In this document: piece by piece, positions 26,120-36,322 of the stretch
Layout of the letters: each line of letters starts with the position of its first letter
Position numbering within the stretch: the first letter of the stretch is position 1
DNA from: an uncultured Candidatus Saccharibacteria bacterium
GTDB lineage: Bacteria; Patescibacteriota; Minisyncoccia; Phycocordibacterales; UBA9973
Direction: 5' to 3'
Length of the DNA: 64,000 bases
NCBI GenBank assembly: GCA_964496425.1
Contig: CAZBZO010000002.1
Span: 130,450 to 194,449, forward strand
Made by a program: the position numbers and the translations under genes
The notes under the pieces: generated by a model
Told to the model about the DNA's origin: nothing
Database searches by the model: none
Seen by the model: only the letters and a program-made list of their open reading frames with translations

Positions 26120-27379
26120 TTAGTTTGTCTCCCCCAGGTATGGATACGGCAGACTCCAGATATAGCCATCAACCAAGCTTCTCTCTTTCGCCTCACTTTG
26201 TCTTTTTTTGACCGCGCTCATACTTGCTCCAAGATAGAGCGCATGAGTGCCAAAACGTGTTTTGATGGCATCAATCGCTTGAAGAAGTGGTTTATCGTTA
26301 TCTTTTTTTAGCTGTATACCAAAAAGATCTTGCGGAGTCTTCTCGGCGCGACATAAATTATACAGTGTCACTCCAGTCGCTCGATACCGATTTTGAGGCG
26401 TAAATACTTCATCAAATTTTTTATCAATCTCCCGCAAGAGATCTGTTGGATTTTGAGTATGGGTCGCAAGCTCAATGTGTCGACCACTATAAGAAAATTC
26501 TGAATTTTTTAAGAAAAAACTAAAACCGCCGGCGCTTTGGCATTGATAGCGCAAGCGTTCACAGACGGTCTCGACATTTTTTGAAAGCTCTGAATATACC
26601 CGCTCACGTTCATTTGACGCAGGTGTGAATGTCCGTGTCGCTTGTAGTGACTTTTGAGGTTCACTTTTCCCACTCTCTACATCGTATATCCTTTTACCTT
26701 GAAGTTCCTGCCATACCTCCACAAGTGGTCGGGCAAAAAACCGAGCTAGTTTTGCTTCAGGCATTTGGATAAAATCATACGCAGTCACAATGCCGCTTTT
26801 GGTGAGCTTTGGGGCGCTGCGATAGCCAATGCCCCAAATATTTTTTACTGAAGTCGCTCGTAAAAATCGTTCTTGGTCTCCAGGAAAAATAACAGTAAGT
26901 CCATCTGGTTTTTGATATTTTGACGCTACTTTGGCGAGCACCTTGGTCGATGCCAGCCCAAAAGAAAATGTAATACCGAGTTCATTCTGTACTGTTTGTT
27001 TAATAGCATGCACCAATGGCTCCCAACCGCCAGCCTTTTTTGCATCGTCGCCCGAGAGAAGGAGGAAACATTCATCGATGCTATAGTGCTCCACCTGACT
27101 CGTAAACCGCCGCAAAACATGATACAGCTTATCGGAATACATTTCATAAAGTTCGAAATGCGAAGGTATGATTTTCACGTTTGGAAAATCTCGTTTGATT
27201 TTAAATATCGGCATACCACGAGTGACACCGATCATTTTGGCTTCGTAGGTCATCGCAACAGCAATACCGCGCTCTTTACCAACCACGACTGGACTGCCGC
27301 GAAGCTCGGGGTACGCTGCAAGTTCGCAGTAGGCAAAAAACCCATCACCGTCTACATGCAAAATCATTTCATCTACCAT
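26120..27379 (-). CDS. dinB: Y-family DNA polymerase (Pol IV/UmuC-like)
   Basis: LHVDGDGFF, YEAK..GV, YSIDE, KVLAKVAS...KPDG. Confidence 0.88.
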   Translation of the reverse strand: MVDEMILHVDGDGFFAYCELAAYPELRGSPVVVGKERGIAVAMTYEAKMIGVTRGMPIFKIKRDFPNVKIIPSHFELYEMYSDKLYHVLRRFTSQVEHYSIDECFLLLSGDDAKKAGGWEPLVHAIKQTVQNELGITFSFGLASTKVLAKVASKYQKPDGLTVIFPGDQERFLRATSVKNIWGIGYRSAPKLTKSGIVTAYDFIQMPEAKLARFFARPLVEVWQELQGKRIYDVESGKSEPQKSLQATRTFTPASNERERVYSELSKNVETVCERLRYQCQSAGGFSFFLKNSEFSYSGRHIELATHTQNPTDLLREIDKKFDEVFTPQNRYRATGVTLYNLCRAEKTPQDLFGIQLKKDNDKPLLQAIDAIKTRFGTHALYLGASMSAVKKRQSEAKERSLVDGYIWSLPYPYLGETN

Positions 27380-27396
27380 AATTTTTATTGCATAGA

Positions 27397-27960
27397 TCAA
27401 TATTTCCGAATGACTGCTTTGACGACAGCGGTCACCTTTAAATCTTCTTTTGGGAATAGCGGCTTATACTTTTTATTAGCAGCTTCCAAATAAAAGTAGC
27501 TCCCTTGTTTGCGCAAATATTTCATTGTCCATGCTCCATCAAGCTCAGCAATGACAATCTGTCCGACTCGAGCATTGGTCGTTCGTTCGACCAAGACCAT
27601 GTCGCCTTCGCGGATGCCCGCATCGTACATTGAGTCACCTTTGACGCGAAGCATAAAAGTAGCTTCTTTGTTGGCGACCAAATAGTCATCAAGCGTGGTT
27701 GTGTCGAGTAAGTCTTCTTCAGCCGGAGTCGGAAAGCCAGCCTCTACTACCCCCAAAAGCCGCAAGCCGTTTGCTTTACCAGGCAAAAGACGCCCACTTC
27801 CGTCTTTAGTGAAAATCCCACGGACAATAAGCTTGTCTACGAGCTTGTAGGCGGCATTTTTAGACTTATAACCATACAATGTAGCTATTTCACTGTAAGA
27901 GGGCATGCGCTTTCGCTTGTGGTAAAACGAACTGATTTTCTCTTGACTATTGTTTTCCAT
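27397..27960 (-). CDS. lexA: LexA-family repressor
   Basis: N-terminal wHTH (MPSYSEI), AGFP cleavage site, GDSM catalytic Ser, TMK Lys. Confidence 0.88.
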   Translation of the reverse strand: MENNSQEKISSFYHKRKRMPSYSEIATLYGYKSKNAAYKLVDKLIVRGIFTKDGSGRLLPGKANGLRLLGVVEAGFPTPAEEDLLDTTTLDDYLVANKEATFMLRVKGDSMYDAGIREGDMVLVERTTNARVGQIVIAELDGAWTMKYLRKQGSYFYLEAANKKYKPLFPKEDLKVTAVVKAVIRKY

Positions 27961-27966
27961 CTCTAC

Positions 27967-27995
27967 AGTATACGTGAACGATCGTTCACACGCAA
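27967..27995 (-). promoter_or_regulatory. lexA promoter containing an SOS box
   Basis: TTGCGT-17-TATACT; the spacer holds the perfect palindrome GTGAACGATCGTTCAC (GAAC-N4-GTTC). Confidence 0.85.
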
Positions 27996-28062
27996 AGAAT
28001 AGTGGGGAAAAGAAAAATACTCCCTTAAGGAGTATTTTTACACAACAGGGATTTCGTAAAAG

Positions 28063-28434
28063 TTAGAACCCTGGCCACAAGGCCAAAAGAATGAGAAGCG
28101 CACCCACAAGAGCCATATTTTTATTGAAGCCGATCATCTCAGTTGCGCGCGCTGCTGGGTCTTTGATTTTCCAAAAAGCATGCATCATAAAAGACGTACC
28201 AAGCAAAAAGACAATAAGGAGAATAAGCGCGATTTTGACATAGAGGCCAAGAATAATTCCGAGACCACCGAGTGCGAGCATTATCCCCGTGCCCATAACA
28301 GCTGCTTCAGGGTATGGTACGCCTTTTGATTTTGAATATCCCGCAAGCGACTTTCCGTGAGCAAAGTGGCTGTAGGCGTTGTAGAGAAAGTATCCGCCAA
28401 AAATAATTCGTCCGATAAAAAATAAAATAGTCAT
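28063..28434 (-). CDS. DoxX-family membrane protein
   Basis: GRIIFGG, HAFW, FNKNMALVGA. Confidence 0.85.
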   Translation of the reverse strand: MTILFFIGRIIFGGYFLYNAYSHFAHGKSLAGYSKSKGVPYPEAAVMGTGIMLALGGLGIILGLYVKIALILLIVFLLGTSFMMHAFWKIKDPAARATEMIGFNKNMALVGALLILLALWPGF

Positions 28435-28544
28435 TTTAGTGCGTAGAGATTATAGCTTGTAATAATTTTATTGTACCATATGTGACTTACCTATTGAGTA
28501 TAACGATCGACCAGCCGATGTATGACTGATGCTGATTCGAATTT

Positions 28545-29807
28545 TTATTTTTGCGATCGTGTCGCAGCCTTACCAGCTACATATCCGGTGGTCCAACAGA
28601 GTTGGAGTGATTGTCCTCCGGTCGGACGATTGATATGGAGCAGGTCCCCGGTAATAAACAAATTTTTGATTAGTTTTGATTGCATCGTCCTTGTATCAAT
28701 TTCGGTAAGTGTCACTCCCCCGTCCGCGACTACGGCACGGTCATATCCCATCAAATCCGTGATCGTAAGCGGTAGTGCTTTCAAAAGGTGTACGATCCGT
28801 TTTCGTTCTTCTTTGGTAATGCTATGAACTTTCTTGGTAAAATCCATATCCGACAAAAGCATAGCTATACCTTTAGTGGTGCCAGCAGGTACAATTTCTT
28901 TCAAAACGGTATGCAAAATCTTATTTTTATTGGAATCAAAAATCTTAATGATACGTGCTTCAAGCAGCGAAAAATCCGTATCAGGAAAAGCGTCAATGTG
29001 TGCTTCTACCGTGCCGTGCCGCAAAAGTTCCCCGACCGCTCCTGCGCTATTTAAAATAAGCGGACCCGAGAGGCCAAAGTGTGTAAAAAGGATTTTACCT
29101 TTTTTGGAAAACTGTTTCTTTCCGTCGAGGAAAAAAGTAATCTTCATGAAGGTAAGCGACACTCCAGCCAAAATTTTGATCCATGCATCTTCTACGGCAA
29201 GTGGAACGATTGTTGGTGTCGGATTCTTGACGGTATGGCCAAGCTCTCGAAGCCAGGCAAATCCGTCACCGGTTGAGCCCGTTTCCGGATGTGACATGCC
29301 GCCGGTGGCGAGAATATACGAGCGAGCGCTTAAAATACCATCTCTGGTTTCCACACCGAGAATATTCTTTTTATCGTGAAGTATTTTTTTGACCGTACTA
29401 TTTACTTTCACCACTACTTTATTTTTCTGCAAATCCTTCTCTAATACTTTGTACACGTCGAGTGCTTTTTCTGTATGAGGGAACACTCGCTCGCGAGCTT
29501 GCACGACAAGCGGCAGTCCACGGGATTCAAAATAAGAAAATGTCTCTGTAACCCCAAATTGCGAAAAAGCAGAATAGAGAAAATCCTCCGCCGGTCCGAA
29601 ATATTTGAGAAACGACCGCGTATTGTATTCAGCGTGCGTAATATTGCACCTGCCTCCACCCGTGATCTTAAGTTTTTCGCCTAGGGTTTTATTTTTTTCA
29701 AGCAAAAGCACTCGTCCGCCACCGTGCGCAGCAGTTGCTGCCGCCATCATGCCGGAGGCGCCGCCGCCGATCACAATACAATCATATATGTCGCTTGCTG
29801 TTTTCAT
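28545..29807 (-). CDS. HI0933/BaiN-family flavoprotein
   Basis: GGGASGMMAA, TGGGRCNIT, ATGG.S.P.TGSTGDG. Confidence 0.92.
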   Translation of the reverse strand: MKTASDIYDCIVIGGGASGMMAAATAAHGGGRVLLLEKNKTLGEKLKITGGGRCNITHAEYNTRSFLKYFGPAEDFLYSAFSQFGVTETFSYFESRGLPLVVQARERVFPHTEKALDVYKVLEKDLQKNKVVVKVNSTVKKILHDKKNILGVETRDGILSARSYILATGGMSHPETGSTGDGFAWLRELGHTVKNPTPTIVPLAVEDAWIKILAGVSLTFMKITFFLDGKKQFSKKGKILFTHFGLSGPLILNSAGAVGELLRHGTVEAHIDAFPDTDFSLLEARIIKIFDSNKNKILHTVLKEIVPAGTTKGIAMLLSDMDFTKKVHSITKEERKRIVHLLKALPLTITDLMGYDRAVVADGGVTLTEIDTRTMQSKLIKNLFITGDLLHINRPTGGQSLQLCWTTGYVAGKAATRSQK

Positions 29808-31289
29808 TTATTTTTCCAGATCCAATATTTCATCGATCCGGATTTGTTTGACGAATTCAGGCACGTGAGAAACCAAAATCATCGCTCCTTGATAGCTGTC
29901 TAAGGCTTCCGCTATGACGGGCAAATGACGAAAGTTGATGTGGTTGGTCGGTTCATCCAAGATAAGTAGTCCTGGCCGCTCGAGTACCAGCCCTGCAAAT
30001 GCCACAAGACCTTTCTGGCCTTCAGAAAGAGTACCGATTTTACTTCTCATGAGCTCACCGGTAATAAGAAACCCAGCAGCGATGGAACGGAGACTCTCTT
30101 CAATGACTTTGCCTCCTGCGGCTTTCATCGAGCCTGCCAAGGAATCAAATACAGTATCTTCAAAATTGAGTGTAGAAAAATCCTGTCGATAATAACCAAC
30201 ACGAATGCCGTCTGCAATTTTTGAACCCGAGGCAAATCCTTTGGCGATAGATTCGAGCAACGTGCTTTTCCCAATGCCGTTAGGACCTGCAAGCAGAAGG
30301 TGTTGTTTTTTCTTAAGCGATATATGAGCTTTTTTGACTGTTGGAATATGATTGTGAAGAACAGAAAAAGAGTTGATCCCTAAGATTTCGCCGACGATAT
30401 CTTCCTGTACGGGAATAGTAAACGGCCGAATAACTTTGTCCTCTCTTCGCACATCTACTTTTTCTTCTTCAAGCTCAATTGCTTTCTCCCGCATCCGTTT
30501 TGCTACTAGACGCATTTGCCCGCCCTTAAATGCAAACTGGTTGGCTTTATCCTTTTTTGCCTGAATTTCTTTTGCCAGCTGAGCATTTTTCATATTTTCA
30601 CGCTCCACGCGAGCAGTAATCTGCTTTATCACATCAAAATAGTTGCCAACATACTGTTCGATTTTTTTTGTATACACATCGAGATAGAGCACCCCTTCAG
30701 TAAATGAATTCAAAAAGTCAGCATCGTGAGAAATCACAATAAATGTCTTAGTATATTTTTTGAGGAAGTCAGTGAGGTGGGCAATGCCCGCTTTGTCGAG
30801 GTTATTCGTTGGCTCATCAAGCAAAAGCAAGTCAGGATTTTGAATAATAGCTGACGCCAAGAGAAGCCGGGCTTGCTGTCCGCCTGAAAATGTTTTGACG
30901 ATCCGGTCATGAACCTTCGTATGACCTTTTAAGTTTACGATTTCCAAGACTTCATCAATACGTGGATCAATATCATATATCTTTTCTTTAAATGATGCTT
31001 GGAAAAATTCTCGTACCGTGAGATCCATGTGCTCACGGGGTATCACTTGCTTGGCAATAGCCACACTTGCCCTCTGGCTGGTATGAATTTGTCCGGCCTC
31101 TGGCTTTGACTGGCCGGTAATAAGAGAAAATATTGTACTTTTACCTGCACCGTTTTGTCCCATAAGCGTAATCTTTGATCCCCGGCGCACAGAAAAATCC
31201 ACACTATCTAAAATAGGCTTGTTGTGTCCATGCTCAAACGATACGCCCTCAAAGCGCAAAATCACGTCCGTATTTGACATTGTGGCCAT
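29808..31289 (-). CDS. ABC-F family ATPase
   Basis: Two ABC domains (GQNGAGKS, GPNGIGKS, LDEPTN), no TM. Confidence 0.92.
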   Translation of the reverse strand: MATMSNTDVILRFEGVSFEHGHNKPILDSVDFSVRRGSKITLMGQNGAGKSTIFSLITGQSKPEAGQIHTSQRASVAIAKQVIPREHMDLTVREFFQASFKEKIYDIDPRIDEVLEIVNLKGHTKVHDRIVKTFSGGQQARLLLASAIIQNPDLLLLDEPTNNLDKAGIAHLTDFLKKYTKTFIVISHDADFLNSFTEGVLYLDVYTKKIEQYVGNYFDVIKQITARVERENMKNAQLAKEIQAKKDKANQFAFKGGQMRLVAKRMREKAIELEEEKVDVRREDKVIRPFTIPVQEDIVGEILGINSFSVLHNHIPTVKKAHISLKKKQHLLLAGPNGIGKSTLLESIAKGFASGSKIADGIRVGYYRQDFSTLNFEDTVFDSLAGSMKAAGGKVIEESLRSIAAGFLITGELMRSKIGTLSEGQKGLVAFAGLVLERPGLLILDEPTNHINFRHLPVIAEALDSYQGAMILVSHVPEFVKQIRIDEILDLEK

Positions 31290-31464
31290 ATAGTAGCACG
31301 TTTTTCCAGATTGGCTTAATTATCAATCATATGGCTTGTAAAAGCATTGACAAATAGTTCAAAAGTGCTATACTTCTAGTACAAATAGAAGTTGTCGCTC
31401 GAAAATAGTCGATTTTAGGAAACATCTCACTTTTTGTCTTAATCATCTAAACAAACACAATCTT

Positions 31465-31662
31465 ATGACTGGAACAATCAAAAAACTCACTGACAAAGGT
31501 TTTGGCTTCATCACTGGAGAAGGTCTTGCGAAAGATTTATTCTTTCACTCAAACTCTCTCGTTGGTGTAGACTTCGCAGAACTCCGCGAAGGCGATGCTG
31601 TCTCTTTTGACACTGAAGAAACCCAAAAAGGTCCTGCCGCTGTAAACGTACAACGCGCATAA
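31465..31662 (+). CDS. Cold-shock protein
   Basis: KGFGFI, LFFH; TTGACA/TATACT promoter, about 85 nt 5' UTR, strong terminator at 31669-31702. Confidence 0.95.
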   Translation: MTGTIKKLTDKGFGFITGEGLAKDLFFHSNSLVGVDFAELREGDAVSFDTEETQKGPAAVNVQRA

Positions 31663-31721
31663 CTTTTTCAAAAACACCCCGACTTCGGTCGGGGTGTTTT
31701 TGTTTGGGTCTATAGTACGTA

Positions 31722-32267
31722 TTATGAATTCTTTTCTAAAAGCCGAGCAAACTTTTCTTGAACTTTGGCGACTTTCGGAGATACAACAATCTGGCAATAG
31801 CCTTTCTCTGGATTTTTGGCAAAATAGTTCTGATGGTATTCTTCGGCCGGATAAAAAGTCGGAAGTAGAGTAACTTCGGTCACGACAGTATCACCTTCTT
31901 TGGTAGATGTATCAACTTCGCGTATAAAATCAAGAGCAATTTTTTTCTGCTCTTCTGTCGTATAAAATATTACTGATCGATATTGCGTACCAGTATCATT
32001 ACCTTGACGATTTGGCGTCGTCGGATCATGAGTAGCAAAAAATACCGTTAGTAAATCTTCTATCTTGATTTCTGCCGGATCGTATTCTATTTTTGTCACT
32101 TCCGCATGCCCTGTCGTACCCGAACACACTGATTCATAGGTTGGGTCAGGCACCGTCCCGCCAGTGTAGCCTGGCATCACACTTTTCACCCCGCGAAGCA
32201 TTTTAAAGACTGCCTCTGTGCACCAGAAGCACCCGCCGCCAAGTACAATAGTTTCAATCTTATTCAT
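31722..32267 (-). CDS. msrA: Peptide-methionine (S)-S-oxide reductase
   Basis: GGGCFWC, GHAEV, AEEYHQNY. Confidence 0.96.
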   Translation of the reverse strand: MNKIETIVLGGGCFWCTEAVFKMLRGVKSVMPGYTGGTVPDPTYESVCSGTTGHAEVTKIEYDPAEIKIEDLLTVFFATHDPTTPNRQGNDTGTQYRSVIFYTTEEQKKIALDFIREVDTSTKEGDTVVTEVTLLPTFYPAEEYHQNYFAKNPEKGYCQIVVSPKVAKVQEKFARLLEKNS

Positions 32268-32405
32268 AAGTATATAAAAGGATTAATTATAATTTTCTAA
32301 TCTTAGGCCTACGTAGCAGCGATTACATCATGCTCGTTTTTAAAATTTTACCATGAAAACAAAAACTCCGGCATGACCGGAGTTTTTGTTTTGAATGATA
32401 TTTTA

Positions 32406-32933
32406 TTAGCAAACAAAATATCCGTTCATGTAACAGTTGCTTGTATTTGAGTACGGAGCACTCGATGGTCCATAGTAAGTATTTGGATTTGTGTATGTCG
32501 TAGGATTGTAATACGCCGCATTACTGTAGTAGGAATTGTAGGCGTTGCTTGGATAATATGGGTTAAACGAACTCGTTGTAGACGAGCAGTTATACGTACA
32601 GGTAGTTTGGTACGGAATGTATGGAGGAGTACTGTAGTATGGTTGAGTGCCGTAGCCACCATTGTTGATATAGTACGAATTTCCACCTGTGCTGTAGTAC
32701 GGATTGCCCATGCCGTATGAAGTATTACCATACGGGTTATAATACGAACTACTTGAAGAATAATACGGACTTTGTGAATAGTACGGATACGAAGAGTAAT
32801 ACGGATCTGTATATCCTTGAGAACCGACCGAAAAACCAACATCGAAGCCGAAGCCTACTTGAGCGGAGGCGGTGCCTGCGCTAAAGAGGCAAACAATGGC
32901 TACAAATACTGCAATAAAGTGATATTTATTCAT
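32406..32933 (-). CDS. Secreted Tyr/Ser/Asn/Pro-rich low-complexity protein
   Basis: Signal peptide ending ASA-Q; repeated (N/D/S)PYY units; own terminator. Confidence 0.75.
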   Translation of the reverse strand: MNKYHFIAVFVAIVCLFSAGTASAQVGFGFDVGFSVGSQGYTDPYYSSYPYYSQSPYYSSSSSYYNPYGNTSYGMGNPYYSTGGNSYYINNGGYGTQPYYSTPPYIPYQTTCTYNCSSTTSSFNPYYPSNAYNSYYSNAAYYNPTTYTNPNTYYGPSSAPYSNTSNCYMNGYFVC

Positions 32934-33027
32934 GTTTTATTTGTTTTCTTATAATTACTCGACTAATTGTTTCCATATTATACATTATACGAACAAATTT
33001 GTCTAGTGTGACGGGCTTGGTCGCAAT

Positions 33028-34935
33028 TTACTGAGTTTGTCCTTCTGGTGGGGTTTCGCCTGTCTCCGCGTCTCGGATCGGACCTTGCTCGCCCGCTGGT
33101 GTCGTATCAGCGGCTGGTTGCGCTCCATCGCCTCCCGCTTTTTGCATGGCCTCGCCAATTTTTGACATTTCATTTGAAAGTTCTTCAGTCGCTTTTTTTA
33201 TTGCTTCCATATCACTTCCTTCTTTGGCTGTTTTGAGTGCAGTGATTTTGGCATTGACTCCATCTTTTACTTCAGTTGGAATTTTAGCATCGTTATCTTT
33301 AAGAGCTTTTTCTGCTGTGAAGATGACCATATCAGCAGTATTTTTTGCGTCTATGACATCTTTTTTCTTTTTGTCTTCGTCAGCATGAATTTCGGCATCG
33401 CGCTGCATTTTTTCTATTTCTTCTTTAGAAAGTCCGCTTGAGGCTTCGATGCGAATGGATTGTTCCTTGCCAGACGCTTTATCTTTAGCTTTAACATTCA
33501 AAATACCGTTGGCATCCACATCGAATGTGACTTCGACTTGCGGCATGCCCCGTGGTGCTGGTGGAATACCGTCGAGAATAAATCGTCCCAAAGATTTGTT
33601 ATCTCCTGCCATTGGTCGCTCGCCTTGGGTAATGTGAATCTCAACAGATGTTTGATTGTCAGCAGCAGTAGAAAATACCTGCGACTTCGATGATGGAATG
33701 GTCGTATTTTTCTCTACGAGCTTTGTTGCCACACCACCGAGGGTTTCAATACCAAGTGAAAGTGGAATGACATCAAGCAAGAGCACGTCGCGTACATCGC
33801 CCTTGAGCACGCCACCTTGCACCGCTGCACCAAGCGCTACGACTTCATCGGGATTGACTCCCATGTGTGGATCGCGACCGAAGAAGGCTTTCACGGCAGC
33901 TTGAAGCGCTGGCATACGAGTCTGTCCACCAACAAGAATTACTTCATTTATTTCCCCCACCTTAAACGGTGACGCTTCTACGGCACGCTTGGTGATAGTC
34001 ATCGCGCGATCGATAAATTCACGACAGATTTCTTCGAGCTCAGCACGCTGCATAGTTCGTACGAGGTGAAGCGGGCCAGCGTCACTTGAAGTGATAAATG
34101 GAATATTGATTTCTGTTTGCACAGCAGTCGAAAGCTCGATCTTGGCTTTTTCGGCGGCATCATCGAGACGTTGACGAGCGAGCGGATCTTTGCGAAGATC
34201 AATACCATTTTCCTTTTGGAATCCGTCAGCGATCCAGTCCATGATCTTCTGGTCGATATCCTTACCGCCCAAATGACTGTCACCATCGGTTGACTTCACT
34301 TCGATGACATCGTCACCAACCTCAAGTACGGACACATCGAAGGTACCGCCACCGAAGTCAAAGACTGCGATTTTTTCATTTTTGTTTTTATTAAATCCAT
34401 AGGCAAGAGCTGCTGCAGTCGGCTCGTTGATGATACGCATGACGTCAAGGCCAGCAATCTTACCAGCATCCTTAGTCGCTTGGCGTTGAGCATCGTTAAA
34501 ATATGCAGGCACGGTGATGACCGCTTCAGTAATCTTCTCACCAATCTTCGCTTCTGCATCAGCTTTCAACTTCTGCAGTATCATCGCAGACATTTCTTCC
34601 GGACGCTTCCATTCATCACCAAACTTTACTTCAATGCCTCCGTTGTCGCTTTTGCGCACTTCAAACGGTACAGACTTAATATCTTTTTGCACATCAGCTT
34701 CGTCAAAGGTGTGGCCGATAAAACGCTTGATCTGATAGATGGTGTTTTTCGGATTGGTAACACTTTGACGCTTTGCTACGACTCCCACAAGACGCTCACC
34801 TGTTTTTGAAAGTGCAACGATCGATGGCGTGGTGCGCATGCCTTCTGCGTTTTCAATTATTTTTGGCACTCCGCCTTCAATGATGGCAACAGCGCTATTT
34901 GTTGTACCCAAATCGATTCCAATTATTTTTGACAT
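33028..34935 (-). CDS. dnaK: Chaperone DnaK
   Basis: [28 protein letters not shown]. Confidence 0.98.
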   Translation of the reverse strand: MSKIIGIDLGTTNSAVAIIEGGVPKIIENAEGMRTTPSIVALSKTGERLVGVVAKRQSVTNPKNTIYQIKRFIGHTFDEADVQKDIKSVPFEVRKSDNGGIEVKFGDEWKRPEEMSAMILQKLKADAEAKIGEKITEAVITVPAYFNDAQRQATKDAGKIAGLDVMRIINEPTAAALAYGFNKNKNEKIAVFDFGGGTFDVSVLEVGDDVIEVKSTDGDSHLGGKDIDQKIMDWIADGFQKENGIDLRKDPLARQRLDDAAEKAKIELSTAVQTEINIPFITSSDAGPLHLVRTMQRAELEEICREFIDRAMTITKRAVEASPFKVGEINEVILVGGQTRMPALQAAVKAFFGRDPHMGVNPDEVVALGAAVQGGVLKGDVRDVLLLDVIPLSLGIETLGGVATKLVEKNTTIPSSKSQVFSTAADNQTSVEIHITQGERPMAGDNKSLGRFILDGIPPAPRGMPQVEVTFDVDANGILNVKAKDKASGKEQSIRIEASSGLSKEEIEKMQRDAEIHADEDKKKKDVIDAKNTADMVIFTAEKALKDNDAKIPTEVKDGVNAKITALKTAKEGSDMEAIKKATEELSNEMSKIGEAMQKAGGDGAQPAADTTPAGEQGPIRDAETGETPPEGQTQ

Positions 34936-34946
34936 ATGTTTTCTTT

Positions 34947-34975
34947 GGCACGCCGAAGCTTTAGCGTAGGCGGCA
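34947..34975. repeat. REP-like palindromic element in the dnaK 5' UTR
   Basis: CGCCGAAGCTTTAGCGTAGGCG, resembling short repeats dispersed in Parcubacteria genomes. Confidence 0.5.
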
Positions 34976-35014
34976 TAATTAATTATAATTTAATAAATTT
35001 AAATATTGACTATC

Positions 35015-35032
35015 ATTTCGCGACCGCGAAAT
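35015..35032. promoter_or_regulatory. Palindromic candidate operator between dnaK and the PaaX-like gene
   Basis: ATTTCGCG-ac-CGCGAAAT perfect inverted repeat in an AT-rich spacer. Confidence 0.55.
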
Positions 35033-35069
35033 ACTTGTATAATATTAATATACTTGATAACATATTGGT

Positions 35070-35603
35070 ATGTCAAGTAAAAATGACTTTTCTAAGAGAA
35101 TATTAAAGATTTTAGGTCAAAAAACGGCTGTTTCTGTGTCTGAACTTACAAAGAGCATAGTTCCCAAGGAAACGTCCCAAAAGCCCGTCTATGCCGTAAA
35201 TAGAGCCTTAAAGAACCTTTCTGAAGCTGGGTTAGTCGAATCTTTGCCTTCCGGCCAAGGCCAATACGCTCGCCTGACCAAGTCTGGACGGGCCAGAGCC
35301 AACAACCTAAAACTTGAATCTAAAAACTCATTGGTGAACCCTGCCTGGGACGGCAAATGGCGCATTATTCTCCTTGATCTCCCTGAAAGCCGCAAGGCCG
35401 AGCGCGAATCGTTACGATACCTCCTTAAAAAAGCGGGCTTCGTCCTCCTCAAAAATTCTGCCTGGATCTCTCCCTACCCCTTCGAGCATCTTTTTGGAAA
35501 TATCAAACAAGATTTAAATTTGACCAACGAAATGATGATCATTATTACAGACACACTCGATAAAACCACTGAAGATTTATTTCTAAAAAGTTTCCATGCA
35601 TAA
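35070..35603 (+). CDS. PaaX-like regulator (wHTH plus Cas2-like ferredoxin fold)
   Basis: wHTH ...RLTKSG; WDGKWRIILLDLPE...R..L...GF..L.NSAWISPY. Confidence 0.85.
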   Translation: MSSKNDFSKRILKILGQKTAVSVSELTKSIVPKETSQKPVYAVNRALKNLSEAGLVESLPSGQGQYARLTKSGRARANNLKLESKNSLVNPAWDGKWRIILLDLPESRKAERESLRYLLKKAGFVLLKNSAWISPYPFEHLFGNIKQDLNLTNEMMIIITDTLDKTTEDLFLKSFHA

Positions 35604-35660
35604 AAAAGATTTACCCCGCTGTGAGCTGAGTGTGTTTTTGACACGAGGATCTACGGCCGG

Positions 35661-35762
35661 GGCCTCGGCCTTTCAACTGAGATGATGATTGTAGTAACTG
35701 ATTCTATCGACGAAGAAACTGAAAAAGTTTTTCTTGGATTATCCAGCATGCAAACAAAATAA
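35661..35762 (+). pseudogene. Orphan homologous 3' fragment of the PaaX-like gene
   Basis: GLGLSTEMMIVVTDSIDEETEKVFL aligns with DLNLTNEMMIIITDTLDKTTEDLFL; in-frame stop upstream at 35622. Confidence 0.75.
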
Positions 35763-35809
35763 AAAACTGGAAAATAAAATTATCCCGGTTCTTAATGATC
35801 TTTAACACT

Positions 35810-36280
35810 TTATTGTGGTTGTTCAACACTGTAATCTGTAGCGCTTTTACCAAGAACAAAAATCGAAGTACTTAAAGGTACATAATTACGACTCATTCTC
35901 ACTTTAAAGGAGTAGAATTGTGGCGTAGCTCCTGTACATCTTAACTGCACAGCACCATTTAGTTCATATCCCTTTAAATCAAAAAACTGAGAAAATTTTA
36001 ATACGTTTCCGCAATTGTCAGGAATATTAAATATAATCAGTTTCCAGGGTTTTTCCAGGTGCTGATTCCAGAATAAGTAAGGGGTTCCATCAACTGATAC
36101 TACTAAAAATCGAGCTAGTTCGTACCTAAATGGCTTGCCACCTATTGGAATAGTTTTACCTAAAACGGGTGTATTGTTTTCATACAGAATCCCCACCCCA
36201 CTATCTGTGTAATGAATAGACTTTTGTGCTGATAGTTTTAATGAAAAAAGAATGCTGAGTAACAGTAGTATGGTTTTCAT
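35810..36280 (-). CDS. Hypothetical secreted protein
   Basis: Signal peptide MKTILLLLSILFSLKLSA-Q. Confidence 0.65.
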   Translation of the reverse strand: MKTILLLLSILFSLKLSAQKSIHYTDSGVGILYENNTPVLGKTIPIGGKPFRYELARFLVVSVDGTPYLFWNQHLEKPWKLIIFNIPDNCGNVLKFSQFFDLKGYELNGAVQLRCTGATPQFYSFKVRMSRNYVPLSTSIFVLGKSATDYSVEQPQ

Positions 36281-36322
36281 GGTAGTTTTTTTGATACTCT
36301 ACCATATTTATCTAAAATTCAA

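Noticed and set aside
35070-35603. CRISPR-Cas locus (Cas2-like domain here, Cas4-like nuclease at 54879)
   Set aside because: No repeat-spacer array or cas1 in the window; the protein has a wHTH and fits the PaaX-like family
35511-35762. DGR template/variable repeat pair
   Set aside because: Differences are not adenine-specific, many are synonymous, and no reverse transcriptase is present
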